Source of the DNA: Flectonema sp. DT1601
Taxonomy: Eukaryota
Assembly (NCBI GenBank): GCA_964019425.1
Contig: OZ025806.1
Location: 124,001-188,000, forward strand
Direction of reading: 5' to 3'
Length of the DNA: 64,000 nucleotides
The notes under the pieces were generated by a model. The model was given only the letters and a program-made list of their open reading frames with translations. It did not search any database and was not told where the DNA came from. A program made the translations under genes and the position numbers. Shown here piece after piece: positions 24,953-37,121 of this stretch; the stretch's first letter is position 1; every line of letters starts with the position of its first letter.

Positions 24953-25951
24953 CTAGTTTCCCTTTTCTTGAAGCTCGTAGTACTTAGATCTACAACAACA
25001 GCACCAAACAATAGTGGAGATGATGCAGCATAAGAACAGTCCAGACACGAGTGCAATAATTCCAATCGCAGCATCAGTCAAGTCATCGTCAGATGCAGGT
25101 GGTGGTGGAACTGCAAAGCAATCTCCATTAACAAGAACTAATCCTGCAACACATGCATTCGATAAACACTTATCCCTTGACACAACATGATTAACAGTTG
25201 GAGTAGCAGCTAGCGGAGGGTAAGTAGTTTGAATCGTACCGTGGTATGACCAAAACGTTGTGTTTGCACGGCTAGGGCATCTCATGAACATCGCTGGCTG
25301 CGAGTGAAATTGAAGAGTTGCTCGAAGCGCCCCTCGGTTATCCATGAAATACATCGAGTTGGATGGGTAACGAGCTTCTAATGTGTCAGCGAAGCCCAAA
25401 AAGTTAGTGTTAATAATCTCACCGATGGTCATATTAGCGGAAATAGTAATGAAGAGATTACTTGTTGTTTGATAACGAGTTCCACAGCTGACTGTTATTT
25501 GCATTCCAGTTGTGTAACGGGTGATGACTCTGCGAGCCTCTTCCTCAAAGTCAGCGAGATAACTTTTGTGATTACAGTTACGACTAGGAATAACATATTG
25601 TAATCCAAGACTAACGAGAAGTGTTCTCGCATTAGTACGAGCTACAGGCTCAGTTGATGGAAAGCAGTGAGCAATGTTGTTGTAAGCGCCAAAGCTCATT
25701 TGCTCTGCAGCAGTGTACGTTCCACAAGTACATTGACCAACAGTTCCTGCTCCCTGTGCAACAAGGGCGTCAGCTGTTGTTATTTCACCATTATTTGCTC
25801 TTTTAGTAGCATCAGGAATATTACAGTATGCCCTCGTATCTCCAAATACTCTACAGTCCTCATCAGCAGTACACAACTCCATTGTCGATAAATTAATAGG
25901 CACGCTCATACCAACTCCCAAGAGGGAAGCCACTGCCAACACACGTTTCAT
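24953..25951 (-). CDS. Hypothetical Cys-rich type I membrane protein
   Basis: Signal peptide, Cys-rich ectodomain, C-terminal TM followed by a WCCCCR string. Confidence 0.75.
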   Translation of the reverse strand: MKRVLAVASLLGVGMSVPINLSTMELCTADEDCRVFGDTRAYCNIPDATKRANNGEITTADALVAQGAGTVGQCTCGTYTAAEQMSFGAYNNIAHCFPSTEPVARTNARTLLVSLGLQYVIPSRNCNHKSYLADFEEEARRVITRYTTGMQITVSCGTRYQTTSNLFITISANMTIGEIINTNFLGFADTLEARYPSNSMYFMDNRGALRATLQFHSQPAMFMRCPSRANTTFWSYHGTIQTTYPPLAATPTVNHVVSRDKCLSNACVAGLVLVNGDCFAVPPPPASDDDLTDAAIGIIALVSGLFLCCIISTIVWCCCCRSKYYELQEKGN

Positions 25952-26413
25952 TATTATCCTTTTCTGAGATTTACTAAAGAGGGGGAATTGAAATATTTTT
26001 GAATATATTTATGAAAAAATAAACATCTGTATTGGACCAGAGTTAACTAAAATAAACGATAGTTATGATACACACGTTGACTAAAGGTAATGTTAGTATA
26101 GGCAAACACTCTGCAGATGACGTAGATGACTTTACATTATAATAAATGTTTCTAACTTATCCACATACATGTCTCTTTTTCCGTGTTGTCATTCAGTGCA
26201 GTACGATTCAATTACGAATTAATGAGTCCTGAAAAAGGAGAGAAAAATAACAAATGTTCGTACTCATGAACAGCCACAGCTGGAACAAAACATTCAGTAG
26301 TCACAGTGAGTATGTAAATACCACTTGGTGAATCGAACGTATTAACTGTACGAAGTACCAGTCGATTATAAATATTCGTGTTGTCACTTAAAAGAGTAGA
26401 CTTAGATGGTTAT

Positions 26414-28358
26414 TTATTTCTTATTTTTTGGTTGTAATTTCCTAAAAAAGAATTTATAAACAACTTTTTGAGGAACCCCTCCAGGCTGTGGGAGGTAAGT
26501 TGAATTCGTATCATTCAACACCCATCCTCCTTCTATCTCTAACTCGTCAAGGAGGATAGAGCAGAGATACGATTGACCAACATCATCAGAACAGAATTGA
26601 GACTCTGCCCGATAATGCCAGTACACCTCAGATGTTGATGTACTCTCTCCCGATGTCGAGTGAGATTGTCTCGTTAAAGATGAATTTGATACTTTTTCAA
26701 GAACAAATTTCGGAGGTGCCATCTTCCCAAAAGCAACTTTCGAGGTAGTTGTCGCAAACGATTTTGGGATCGCCAGAGACAAGTTCTCAACCGTCGAGGA
26801 TTGAACTGGACCAATAATTTGAATATCTGGAGGGTTGAATGCCACAATCAAAATCAAAGCCGGTGCTGCATCTTTAAGAGGAGGCAGTTCCACTCCATCC
26901 TCAGCAACGATAAGACCGGGAGAGTGTTTTTTATCAATTCTATTACCTGCTTCCTTTTCACTAATAATATTACTAATTAGTTGAAGTATTCCTGTTGAAG
27001 ATCCTGAAGAAGTAGTTTCTTGTTTTGTTGCGACTTGACTCGTTGATTGCTCTGTTGTTGTCAAAGCTGAACTTAAACTTCGAAAATCATTAAAAGTCTG
27101 AACCCATAAAAGATTATTATCAGAACAAAGAAAATTAAACTCCACCACATTCAACGTGTCGCACAAGTCAGCCAGTGATGCAGACAAGAGTGCTGAATTA
27201 CTACACAAACCTGAAGCTCTTAACGATGAATGAATAGCATAGTGTAGAGAGACTGTGTCTAGTGCTGTCAAAACCTCTACAGATCTTTCATATCGATAAT
27301 CAGTTTGAAGAAATAATTGTTCTTCTTCTTCATCAGCAAACACAATATCCCAATGATACGTTGCGCGCATCGCTTCTAATTGCATCCTTGTTTTGTAATA
27401 GGATTCTTTAAGAGTAGTACAGAGATCCATACAATCGAGTGCGACCTGTTTTATTGTGTGACCAAGGTAAGACTGCACCATACCAGAAATCATTACAAGG
27501 AGTGACAATTAATCCGATAAAAGTGGAAAAAGAAAGAATACAAACCTGTTTTTGCTGACGATGTAATGATGACGATTCTTGGTGAATGTGTTTTTTAACT
27601 TGATTCTTAGTTCCAATTACTTTGTTTTGATTATTCCCAACTTGTAATCCAACAGGAGAGGTCGATACTGTGAAGTCTTTCCCAACAAGAGGAGGAACAC
27701 AACGTAAGTGAGAATCAAGGCAGGAATGGACTAGATTAATAGTTCGTTTTATTAGATTTTTAAATCTCATTTTACAACTATCATTTGGTCCGAGATCGCA
27801 ACCATAAGAAGACGAACACGACCACACCATCCGAAGAGTTGAAAAGATAGCAGGAAGAGTGTCAAGAGCTGATTGTAATCCAAGACCCTTATTTCTAACT
27901 TTATCAAGACAGGTGATGTATGGTTCTATTTTTGATAGATAAGTCTGTGCATTAATAGATTCATCGTATCGTAGTGTCAGTTGTTCACACAGTTGTCGTA
28001 ACAAAGATACTTCACGTTCACCTTCAGGACTATTACTTTGCTTAATTATTTGTAGTAACAACACAACAGTCTCACTTTGTAATTGTTTTGTTATGTATAA
28101 TCTGGAAACTTCTTCTTCCCAAAGTTGAATTTCGTCACTTATCGTCCGATCTTCATCAAAAAAACTAAAGAATTCTTCCCGAGCAGCCTCAGAGGATTTC
28201 AACACGTCTTCTGATAAACTCCTCCACTTCAAAAGACAAGTTAAAGTTAGTCGGACTGCTTCATGATTTTTTGAGAGACTTAAAATAGCATCGGAAGTAC
28301 TACTCGTGAAGTTTGCTTGTGTAGCAAAAGGAGGCAACAATATCATTACAGACAGCAC
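26414..28358 (-). CDS. Protein with a dynein heavy chain N-terminal region 1 (DHC_N1)-like domain and no motor domain
   Basis: The two ORFs join in frame via a GT-AG intron at 27545-27473. The segment EIQLW..KQLQSETVVLLLQII..AQTYLSKIEPY..LPAIFSTLRMVWSCSSSY resembles the DHC_N1 consensus. An acceptor at 28359 and a donor near 28434 imply a further upstream exon. Confidence 0.65.
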
Positions 28359-29377
28359 CTGAAGGAAGAGGGGGGTAAAAAGAAAATCTCAAAAACCAGT
28401 CAAGATAAAAACAAATCATTTTAATTACTAATACCTTACTCTTAATAGCAACAGAAGGATAGCTGGTGGGCAACTGGGACCGGGTTTGCTTTCTTTTCTT
28501 TCCTTTTTTTTTTTTTTTTCTTCTTTTCTTTTTTTATTCTTCCTTTTTTTTTCCTTTCTCATCGTCGTTCTGTCTTGCATCAAAAAAGAAAATCAACTAT
28601 ACGACTGCGACAAGAAGCTGCTTGCAATCGGTTTATACTTTTAAAGAAAACCAATATTCTCAGATAGAGTTCTCAGAGGTACTTCTAGCATGTGTTTTCT
28701 TCCCGGAGTACGGTTTCCATTTAAGGTCGCTAAAAGAAAAAAGAAAGTAAACGGAAAAAAAAGCAGTAACCAGTAGAGGTACTGTGAGAAATACGAAGAT
28801 TAAATAATTGATGCAAGAATTGATATTCAAGGCGACCTGAAACACCACCTCAACAAGACAGAAGACGACAACAAATCCGACAAGTGGTATGTGTGGGAAC
28901 GAAAAAAAAAAAAAAAAAAAAAAGAAAGGGGGGAAAAAAAAATTTAAAACTAAGAAACAAAAAAATAAAAGGTTTTTTCTAGAAATAAAAATCCAACAAA
29001 ACTCATGAAAGGGGTGGCGTTATGGGAATTCTTTTTCTTTTTTTTGATTTAAACTTCCCTTAATAAGTGCCGCACTACACTAAACCAAGGTACGGTGTAG
29101 AGACTATTAAAAGATGATTTAATTCCAATGACGAGGACTACCTGCAAGTCACTAGTCACAAATGGACAACATTATTTTCTTTTTCTTTTCTCTTTTTTTT
29201 TTTTCTTATTTCTTTTCGATTATGACTGATAATAGTTCTGTCACTTGTATTCTTGAGTGTGATTATTCCTCGATTTCAAGGATCTTAAATATGTACACAC
29301 TCCAAGTAATAACGCGATGTTTGCATGGTCCCAGTTAGGACTAACTTAAAGTGACAACAATAAGTACAAAATAAAAT

Positions 29378-30894
29378 CTAGAATCTAAAGGTGTAGCTGT
29401 TGCCGCCTCCTCCAGCACTCTGAAAGAATGGGTGCCCGCCGCCCATTCCTCCCATGCCACCCATGCCGCCAAAACCTCCAAATCCACCGCCTCCTTCGAA
29501 TGGATCGTGTGCTTGGTGATCTGATTCACCGTCTAAGACTCCCATGTCATACTTTCTTCTCTTTGTTGGATCTGATAAGATGGCATAGGCTTCTCCAATT
29601 TCCTTAAACTTAACTTCTGCTGTTTCCTTCTCTTCTTCTCCCGTGCTGTGCCATTTGTCAGGATGCCATTCCTTAGCAGCTAGACGATAGGCCTTCTTAA
29701 TCTCACGGTCATCAGCATCCCTACTTACCCCAAGTATTTTATAGAAGTTCTGTTTGGTAAGGAGTGGTTGGTTGGTTGGTTTATTTAGTATTAAAAAAAA
29801 AAAATTAAATGGTAACATACCTTTCTCTTTGCCATCTTTACACGTTTCTTAAGAGAGTGGAGGTCTTCTTCCAAGTTTCTGTCCATTTCTGAAGCAGACT
29901 GCATGTCTTTTTGGGCGTCGTCCCACTTTTCAAGTTCTTCATTGATGCGAGATCTTCTCACGAATGCCTTTGTAAAATACTCATCAGCGTCAATAGCTTT
30001 GTTACAATCCTTCAATGCGTCGTCGTACTTCTTTAATGACATTCTGTTTGCCGCGCGGTTGTTGAAGAGAACAGAGTTGAGTTTCTTGTTTTGAGGATCA
30101 ATGAGAAGGGCTTCGGTATATTTTTCATCTGCCTCTTCATAATTTCTTGCTTTGAAAAGATCATTTGCCGCCTGTTTTAACGATTCAAACTTTCTAGCTG
30201 CTTTGAGAAGTTTTGCGGCTTCTGTGAAATCAGGATCAAGACTTAATGCCTGTCTGAAATGCTGCATGGCGCTGGATACGTTTGCCATACCTGAATAGAG
30301 AAGTGCTTTACCTCTAATTGCTAAGGCTTCGCTATCATTCTGATTTGATTGAAGGATGGATCTCATATCTCTGGCAGCAATCTCTGGATCTGATTGAATA
30401 TTACATCTTGCCTTCAGTATTAAGACATCTCTGCCACCTTCACAATGTTCTAGTATGTGGTTTAAACTATTTCTTGCTGCCTTGTATTCAAAGTTTGCCA
30501 TGGATGCTTTGGCACTTTCCAATCTACTTTGATCTTGTTTAATAGCTTCTATGTCAGACTTTGCTTCGCTGTTCTTTGGTTCTAAGTCCAGCACGTCGTT
30601 GTAACAGCGAATGGCATCATCGAAGTCGCACAACATCCATTTTGCCTTTGCAAGTCTTAACATCGCTTTGACAAATCCAGGTTTCAAATCAATTGCCTTC
30701 TCGCAATCCCCGATAGCGTCTTTAAACAATTTGTAGCTATTTCTCGCTGCAGCTCTGTTTCCGTAGATCATTGCTTTTTCTTCATCAGTTCCTTCTTCTG
30801 TTTCAAGAGCTTCGGTATAAAACTTAATCGCTCTTCTATAGTCGCGTTCCTTGTATGCGTCATTGCCTTGAGCCTTTAGCTCTTGCATGCTCAT
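29378..30894 (-). CDS. DNAJC7: DnaJ homolog subfamily C member 7 (TPR repeats plus J domain), 481 aa
   Basis: TPR repeats, J domain with HPD, G/F-rich tail. Exons 30894-29821 and 29749-29378. Confidence 0.93.
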
Positions 30895-31558
30895 ATTGAT
30901 AATAAGACTGTAGTAAAGAACTATTTAAGTGAATCAAGTAGCCGAAGGAATCATCTCTTATGAGAAAGAGGATCAATTATAATGTGGCAGAAGATTATTA
31001 GTAACTAATAAAAGTCTGTGGCTACTTGTCCTGTTTTTTTTTTCAAAAAAAAAAAATTCTCTCGATCACAAGCTTACTTGTCTTCGATTGCTGAATCAAA
31101 AAAAAAAAAAAAAAAAAACTTACAAGCATTCCACAGATAATTAAATTCTTCATTTATTTATTTGATTCACCTTCTGTGTTGCAGAATCCCAATTCAAGTT
31201 ATTATTTTCAAAGACTTTGACTGAAAACATTTATTGAAGTCACCTACCCTGGTTTTGTCCATATTGGTGAAGCTGTAAGTAAAGCTGAGTAATTTTTTTT
31301 CCCTAAAAAAAAAGTAACAACACAAAGTGCTTTCATTGAACAACAAAACAAAACAAAACAAAATAAGATACCAGGACGGATTTGATGGAGTCCACTCTGA
31401 TAAAAGGTCAAGGTACCTGCTGACAGCTACAAGTTTCATCAGATAAGTGAGACCTGACTGAACCAGAGTGGAGTAGATGCACAGCAGGCATCTAATTAAC
31501 GTAATCAATGAATGACTGCCACAAGCGCTAAGCCTTCCTACACAGATGGGTGATAATA

Positions 31559-31656
31559 GCGGCCATGCACCACCACACAATGGATCGATAAAGAGCTCTC
31601 AATCTGTCAATCCTTTCATAGTAAAATTCTCCGTGTTGAGTCAAATTAAGCCGCAG
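31559..31656 (-). pseudogene. Degenerate SSU (18S) rRNA fragment
   Basis: CGGCCATGCACCACC...GAGCTCTCAATCTGTCAATCCT...CCGTGTTGAGTCAAATTAAGCCGCAG is the reverse complement of highly conserved SSU rRNA sequence. Confidence 0.85.
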
Positions 31657-31701
31657 ATCGTCAATTTGATTCATTGGTCATGGTCGTAGCGCCATTTTAA
31701 G

Positions 31702-32202
31702 TTAGTAACTGCAACAAAAATGTTCCTGTTTTTTTTTTTTTTTTAATTGTTTTTTTTTTTTTAATCCTGGGAAGAAAACACATGCACCAGTATTTCCCTT
31801 GACGTTGTTGTTGCCAACATGTGAATAAACATACATAAGACACGCATAAGCAACAGTCCAAGACAAGATCAGAAGTTGTATTTGAGTGGCTGAAGGCAAG
31901 TAGTCCCTCCATTTTGGACCAATTTTTTTCAGCAAAGCGCGACACTCATCATTTGCCACCAGTAGTAGTGGTTTATTGTCTGCTGTGATATTTAAGTCTG
32001 CCCCCCTATTAAGCAATACTTCAATAATATCAACCTGTTTGTTAAGTACAGCAAGTGCCAAACCCTTGTTCTTAAATTTGTCGTCAGTCTCACACTGCAG
32101 GAGGTCTGCCGACGTTTCCTTCTCCAGAAGCTGCTCTACTTTTCTAACATTTCCTCCACGGCAGGCTGCTAAGAAGCTTCGACAGTCATCAGAACCCGAC
32201 AT
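31702..32202 (-). CDS. Small ankyrin-repeat protein with a C-terminal hydrophobic segment; 3' end uncertain
   Basis: Ankyrin-like segments FLAACRGGNVRKVEQLLE and LALAVLNKQVDIIEVLLNRGADLN. The poly-K tail is probably intronic. Confidence 0.7.
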   Translation of the reverse strand: MSGSDDCRSFLAACRGGNVRKVEQLLEKETSADLLQCETDDKFKNKGLALAVLNKQVDIIEVLLNRGADLNITADNKPLLLVANDECRALLKKIGPKWRDYLPSATQIQLLILSWTVAYACLMYVYSHVGNNNVKGNTGACVFFPGLKKKKQLKKKKKQEHFCCSY

Positions 32203-33124
32203 CTTTTATTCGAGGGAAGAGACCTGTAAAAGAACTAGTTGACTCAAAACGCACTTGCTGGAGTCGTTTGCACATTTTCCTGTAGATTTTTTTCCCAGCA
32301 CTCTTTGCTGCAGCTTTCTTCCCAGCCTTCTGTGCTGCTTTTTTTGCAGCTTTCTTCTTCGTCACTTTAAAATAGAGAGCTGAGACTGATGGGTTTATCT
32401 GTGAAAAGAAGTTGAGGAAAGACACCGCAAATTTATTTACCTAAGAAACAGAAAAAAGGCATTCCATCCTGTCTTACTTGAGAACTGAAGCTGGTGTTTG
32501 GCTTACATCACTTGACCTCGCGTTTAAATATTCTTTAGGTTCCTGTGGAGAAATACTTGATTTAGTTAATAGGGCCAAATCTGAACTCCAACACTTTGTA
32601 CCAAGGACATAACCTTTAAACACTGCCCAACAGTAAAGAAAGAAACTTAACATTATCCGAAAGAGATATGAGAGGATGCCAAAAGTAGGGTACCATTTTG
32701 TACCACGGGTAACTGCCGGCCTCTAAATCTTGGTCTGAGCACTTTTTTGGCCCACTCTGTATATTAGAAAACTCAATTCCGGGTCTGGGATAGAACTTTA
32801 CTTGTCACCAGTTCAAAAATTCTGCAATTTTTAGGGGAAATTGACTGTATTACTGTGTTATGCAGTACACACACAGGGGGCAGGTTTACTTCACATATCA
32901 GACCTCTGCAATTAGATGCATTGTTCTCCGTGGCTGTCGGACTCCGTATCCTGGGCAAGCAGATCCATCCCCATCCGATGAATTTAGAAACTGTACGACA
33001 AAATTAATACGTAAGTTTTGGCACAAGCAGCGAAGCTAAGAGGACTGAGGGACTGATATTGATCATTCGTGTGCATTCTGCACCTACACTAACTTACTAA
33101 TAATGTTGTACACACTTACGTTTT

Positions 33125-34045
33125 TTAAGGAGTTGCACTGCTACTTGAATCAGAGCTTTCGGATTCAGAACGACGGTCTGGACAATTTCGGAGATCATGA
33201 GTAAGAGAGCTGCACTGGCTGCATTGGCACTTCTTTCTAACAGGCTTCTCGGGGGCACTTTTCCGTTTGCAGGCTCGTTGTTGGATGGTGGGCTCCCTGT
33301 CTAACCTTTCAAAGAGGGCTTCTTTTCTTGCTCGTTTATTCTTCAGGGAATCGATATGCTGGCTGTGCTCTATCTCTTCAAACTTGTTGTTGTCCGCGGT
33401 TGTGTCAAGGGGTGTAGATCCAATAATGCTCTTCTCAGCTCTAGTAAGGGGAAGCTTATCTGATATTTTGGGCTTGTGGTTCAGTAGCAAAGTAGCCTTA
33501 CCTCCGTCAAGTGCAAATTGCTGGTTTTCGTCAGAGAAAGCTGTGATATATATCTGACCTGAAGTATCCTTTCGGTAGGTGGGGATGCTGGTTACGGCTG
33601 GGATGCGGAGGTTCTAGACACTCACTTCTTGAGGAATACAGGTGTTGTGTCGCTGAGCGTTCGGAGTACGCCTGCCACCTCGGTGAGGGTACGCACCGGT
33701 GCCACTCTCGATGAGGTCTGGATGACATTTGATATGCTGCCGAAATGCCTGTCACAGTGGCTCTTGCCGTGCCTTCCAGGAAAGAAGTTCAAGCTTGCAA
33801 CCCGTTGGTGTACGAGAATCTCGCTAATCACAGTTACGTTCTGAAAGTGCTTGCCACTATCACACCAGAAATGCAGCTCTTTTGCACTATCTTTGATGAT
33901 TGGCATACCCCAAAACTTCCTCAAAATCAGAAGTGTGACTACAGCATCCCAATTCGTGTGTGGCAGCAGGAAATCGATAAAATGGCACTGCGGTTTCCCA
34001 TCAAATGTAAAGTGGATGCAGAAGCCAAGGCAGCTGTACTTCCCT
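33125..34045 (-). mobile_element. Decayed DDE transposase, Sola-like, with a C-terminal CCHC knuckle
   Basis: Catalytic-like motifs HFWCDSGKHFQN and NFFPGRHGKSHCDRHF, plus CSQCSSLTHDLRNC in a shifted frame. The superfamily call rests on motif recall only. Confidence 0.55.
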
Positions 34046-34289
34046 TGCATTATACTGCGCCTAAGCCTGGTTCGTTCTGAGACAGCAGCGTAAGACACCT
34101 GGATCATGGCTGGCAGATTTCCCTACTTCACAGCCCTTAAGCCATGACCGGGTACGTCTAGGGAAGAGATCGGTCCGCTCCTCATCGCGTGTAGAGGAAG
34201 GATGGGGGCTGTCACCACAATGTGACAAAGCAGGCACCGCCACTGAAGAAGCAGCCACCACCGATCCCTATGTGTGACTTGCGCGGCCA

Positions 34290-34480
34290 AAACAGCCACA
34301 ATAAACACAATAAAACAGGTTTGCACCTTTGCCTCTTTGTTTCTTTCTCGCCGCTCGCCGTCAAGCACACATTGGGATAGATCAGATGGGTATGCTGGAT
34401 GAATCGGTGTCTGCCACAATGTGGAATGGAGGGCCAAAGCCAAAAGCTTGCCCAGATCCACCTGAACCCAACACCGCTCT
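34290..34480 (+). mobile_element. Repeat family D: end region with the shared terminal stem-loop (boundaries approximate)
   Basis: GTGGA..GAGGGCCAAAGC-CAAAA-GCTTGCCCAGATCCAC at 34421-34461 matches the A/C terminal hairpin. Confidence 0.45.
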
Positions 34481-34766
34481 TAATAAAAGAAAAGAATGCA
34501 AAGTAGCGGAATATGAAAATGACAGTAAGCAAGCATCAACTTTAAGGTCTTAGTCAGGTTGACTGATGAAGAGGAGATGCTAAAGAAAAAACCTGATTGT
34601 TTAACAGTTAGATTTATCGATCAGCTGTGACCGCTAAAGAAAAGATAAACTGCTTAACAGATGGAAATATCGATCAGCTGTGAACAATGAAGATAAGTTA
34701 GGATTACTGATCAGCTGTGACCACTAAAAAAGATAAACTAAAACACAATTGGTCAGCTATAGCATT

Positions 34767-35228
34767 AACCAGTCCTGAGTACTTAAAGAACCCAACCATT
34801 ACGTGTATCAGCCACAGTCACACTTAGTATAGCGTTAGTACAGAGGACACGGATCTGCTATGCAGGGAAGTGACTTGAACTCGTTCAACTAATTAATGTG
34901 TGTAAATATAAGCGCCGCGAATTGACGGGTCTGAAGTTATGCTTTCCGAAGAGAGCAACCACCCACGCGAGTGTTATTTTGACGCTATAACCTGTGACTT
35001 TCAACACGTAACAACCAGGGATAATTCTCAGTAAGGCCGCCGTCACCGTGAAGCTGCTACGAATATAACCCAACAAACTAGCAATTCCTCCAACTTTTTT
35101 CGTCAGTCGGGATTGTTACACGCCGGAAAAGGAAACTACTCGAAAGTCGGGGCAGTTCGAACGTCAGCATTCACATTAGCAAGCAACCAGTCTTGAGAAC
35201 CCAATCATTACGTGCATCAGCCACAGTT
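34767..35228. repeat. Repeat family B (~420-bp period, partial tandem), copy 1
   Basis: Near-identical but circularly permuted relative to 39521-40036. The unit restarts at AACCAGTC near 35185. Confidence 0.8.
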
Positions 35229-35233
35229 AACCA

Positions 35234-35337
35234 ATTCAATTGAGCAACCCCGGGTTCACGCCCATTTAAAGTTTGAGAATAGGTCGAGGAAACGATATCC
35301 CCAATGCCTCCAATCATTCGCTTTACCTGGCGTAACT
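35234..35337 (-). pseudogene. LSU (28S) rRNA fragment
   Basis: CCCATTTAAAGTTTGAGAATAGGT...CCTCCAATCATTCGCTTTACC is the reverse complement of a conserved eukaryotic LSU block. Confidence 0.85.
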
Positions 35338-35381
35338 CCTTTTATGGTTCCACGCTAACACGAGGCACCACACATTCGTAA

Positions 35382-35914
35382 GGGTTGAGTTACCAGGTGA
35401 GATTTGGACTGTTAGCTTTTGGCTAAGGCCCTCCCTGAAGAGCAAGAACAAAAAAACTACTCACACCTGAAGAAAACATACACAAAGAACACACTGTAAG
35501 CTGTGTGTGTATTTTGTGTTTGTCACAACAGGAGAGAAAAGAAAGAATGTCAAGGTTGGTCACCTTGCCTATCAACGCACAACATTGGTGGTCTCTACTA
35601 GACCCTGAGTGATCCCACTGGATCTCTCATCGTTCATAGTACCTATGTGAAGTTATAAAATCAAAGGTAAACTATGAACTTCAAATGACTTAGCCTGTTA
35701 TTATAATGCCACAGGCAAACCCTGCATTCAGCAACTATCCAGCAGTGCTTGGAAGTCCTGATCTTCTTCTAAAAAAAAGAAAGAAAAACAAAACTGTAGC
35801 TGGGATCACTCAGGATCAACAGACTACCAATGCTACCTGTTGTACTTGCTCACTATGGGGGGTGATGCCAAACACCCAGAAGTACTTAACTGCTTTCCTT
35901 CTTGCTGCCCAGGG
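35382..35914. mobile_element. Repeat family A, truncated copy with the fixed end at 35382
   Basis: Matches the first ~530 bp of the 1356-bp unit. Confidence 0.85.
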
Positions 35915-36099
35915 GAGTCCTACCGGAACGGACCACGCATCTGATTCTACTGGTTAAAGCAACTCCGAAAGAATGTATTCTCCATGATTTCAGACATGTA
36001 ACTTTTGGATATCATGCTCCTGTCTAATTGTTCCCACATAAGCTCTTGTCTTGAGAGATTGAAAATAAAGTTTGTAGTAATAGCCTAAAGAGAGGAGAA

Positions 36100-36518
36100 A
36101 GTTTTTATTTTATTTTTTTGAACAAAAGGGATAGAAGAGGATAGAAAACGAACATAACCATGGTGTCCAACTAAATTAAAGGACAAGTCTGGGATAATCC
36201 CTGCCAGAGGGGCGAGTATTCTACCATGGTTGAAATACTCTGGCAACTGATCTTCAATTTTATGTTGTTTGTTAGCTGCTGGTGTATCTTGATTATGTGT
36301 TGATACTTGCATTTTTTTTTATTTGTAATCTTTTACTACAATAACTCTTGCCTATATCTTTTCTTTTTATTCTCTATCTGTTCTGGTCTGTTACTTCATT
36401 TTTTTTAAATTAATAATCACATTTTGTTCAAAAAAAAAAAAAAAAAGAAAAAAGATTTCATATTAGAAACTAGGAAACTAGGTTAACACTTAGTTAAAAT
36501 TAAGACTGGTTAGTCAGG
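36100..36518. mobile_element. Repeat family A, inverted internal fragment
   Basis: Matches 44390-44750. Confidence 0.75.
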
Positions 36519-37068
36519 TTTCGAAAAGGTGGGAAGTAACGGACTGGGAGCTTTTGGCTCCTGCCCTATTCCCGATGTAAACTTTCTTTTTATTTTTTTA
36601 TTTTTTTTAACAGGCCCAAAGGGCGACAATGACTGATGCTGACCAAGGAATAATATTCAAATGAATTTTCGTTTCAAAGAAACGAACAGAATTAAGAGTG
36701 AGGCAGAAAAAAAAAATATGAGGCGGTGCAGAAACCCCCCCCCCCAATTTTTACCAGGCTATTCTGTGGGCACCTAATACCCAATCCGAGCTCACCACCC
36801 CACTTTTTTTCGATAAAGTGGGAAGTAACGGACTGGGAGCTTTTGGCTCCTGCCCTATTCCCGATGTAAACGTTCTTTTTATTTTTTTTTATTTTTTAAC
36901 AGGCCCAAAGGGCGACAATGATGGTTGCTGACCAAGGAATAATATTCAAATGAAGACGAAAACGTTGTATGAAAAAGGAAAAAAAAGAAGAAAAAAAAGA
37001 CCAGAAAAGGAAAGAGAAAATGAAAAGGTATAATATTATTGTGGGGATATGAGGGATAGCAGGGAGAT

Positions 37069-37119
<51 letters not shown>

Positions 37120-37121
37120 TA

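Noticed and set aside
32260..32365. Lys/Ala-rich stretch resembling trypanosomatid histone H1
   Set aside because: Only ~25 codons of low complexity with no credible start; cannot be supported as a gene.
34550..34600. Hammerhead-like CTGATGA...GAAA; also CTGAAGA twice in family A
   Set aside because: Stems I-III cannot be formed around the core.
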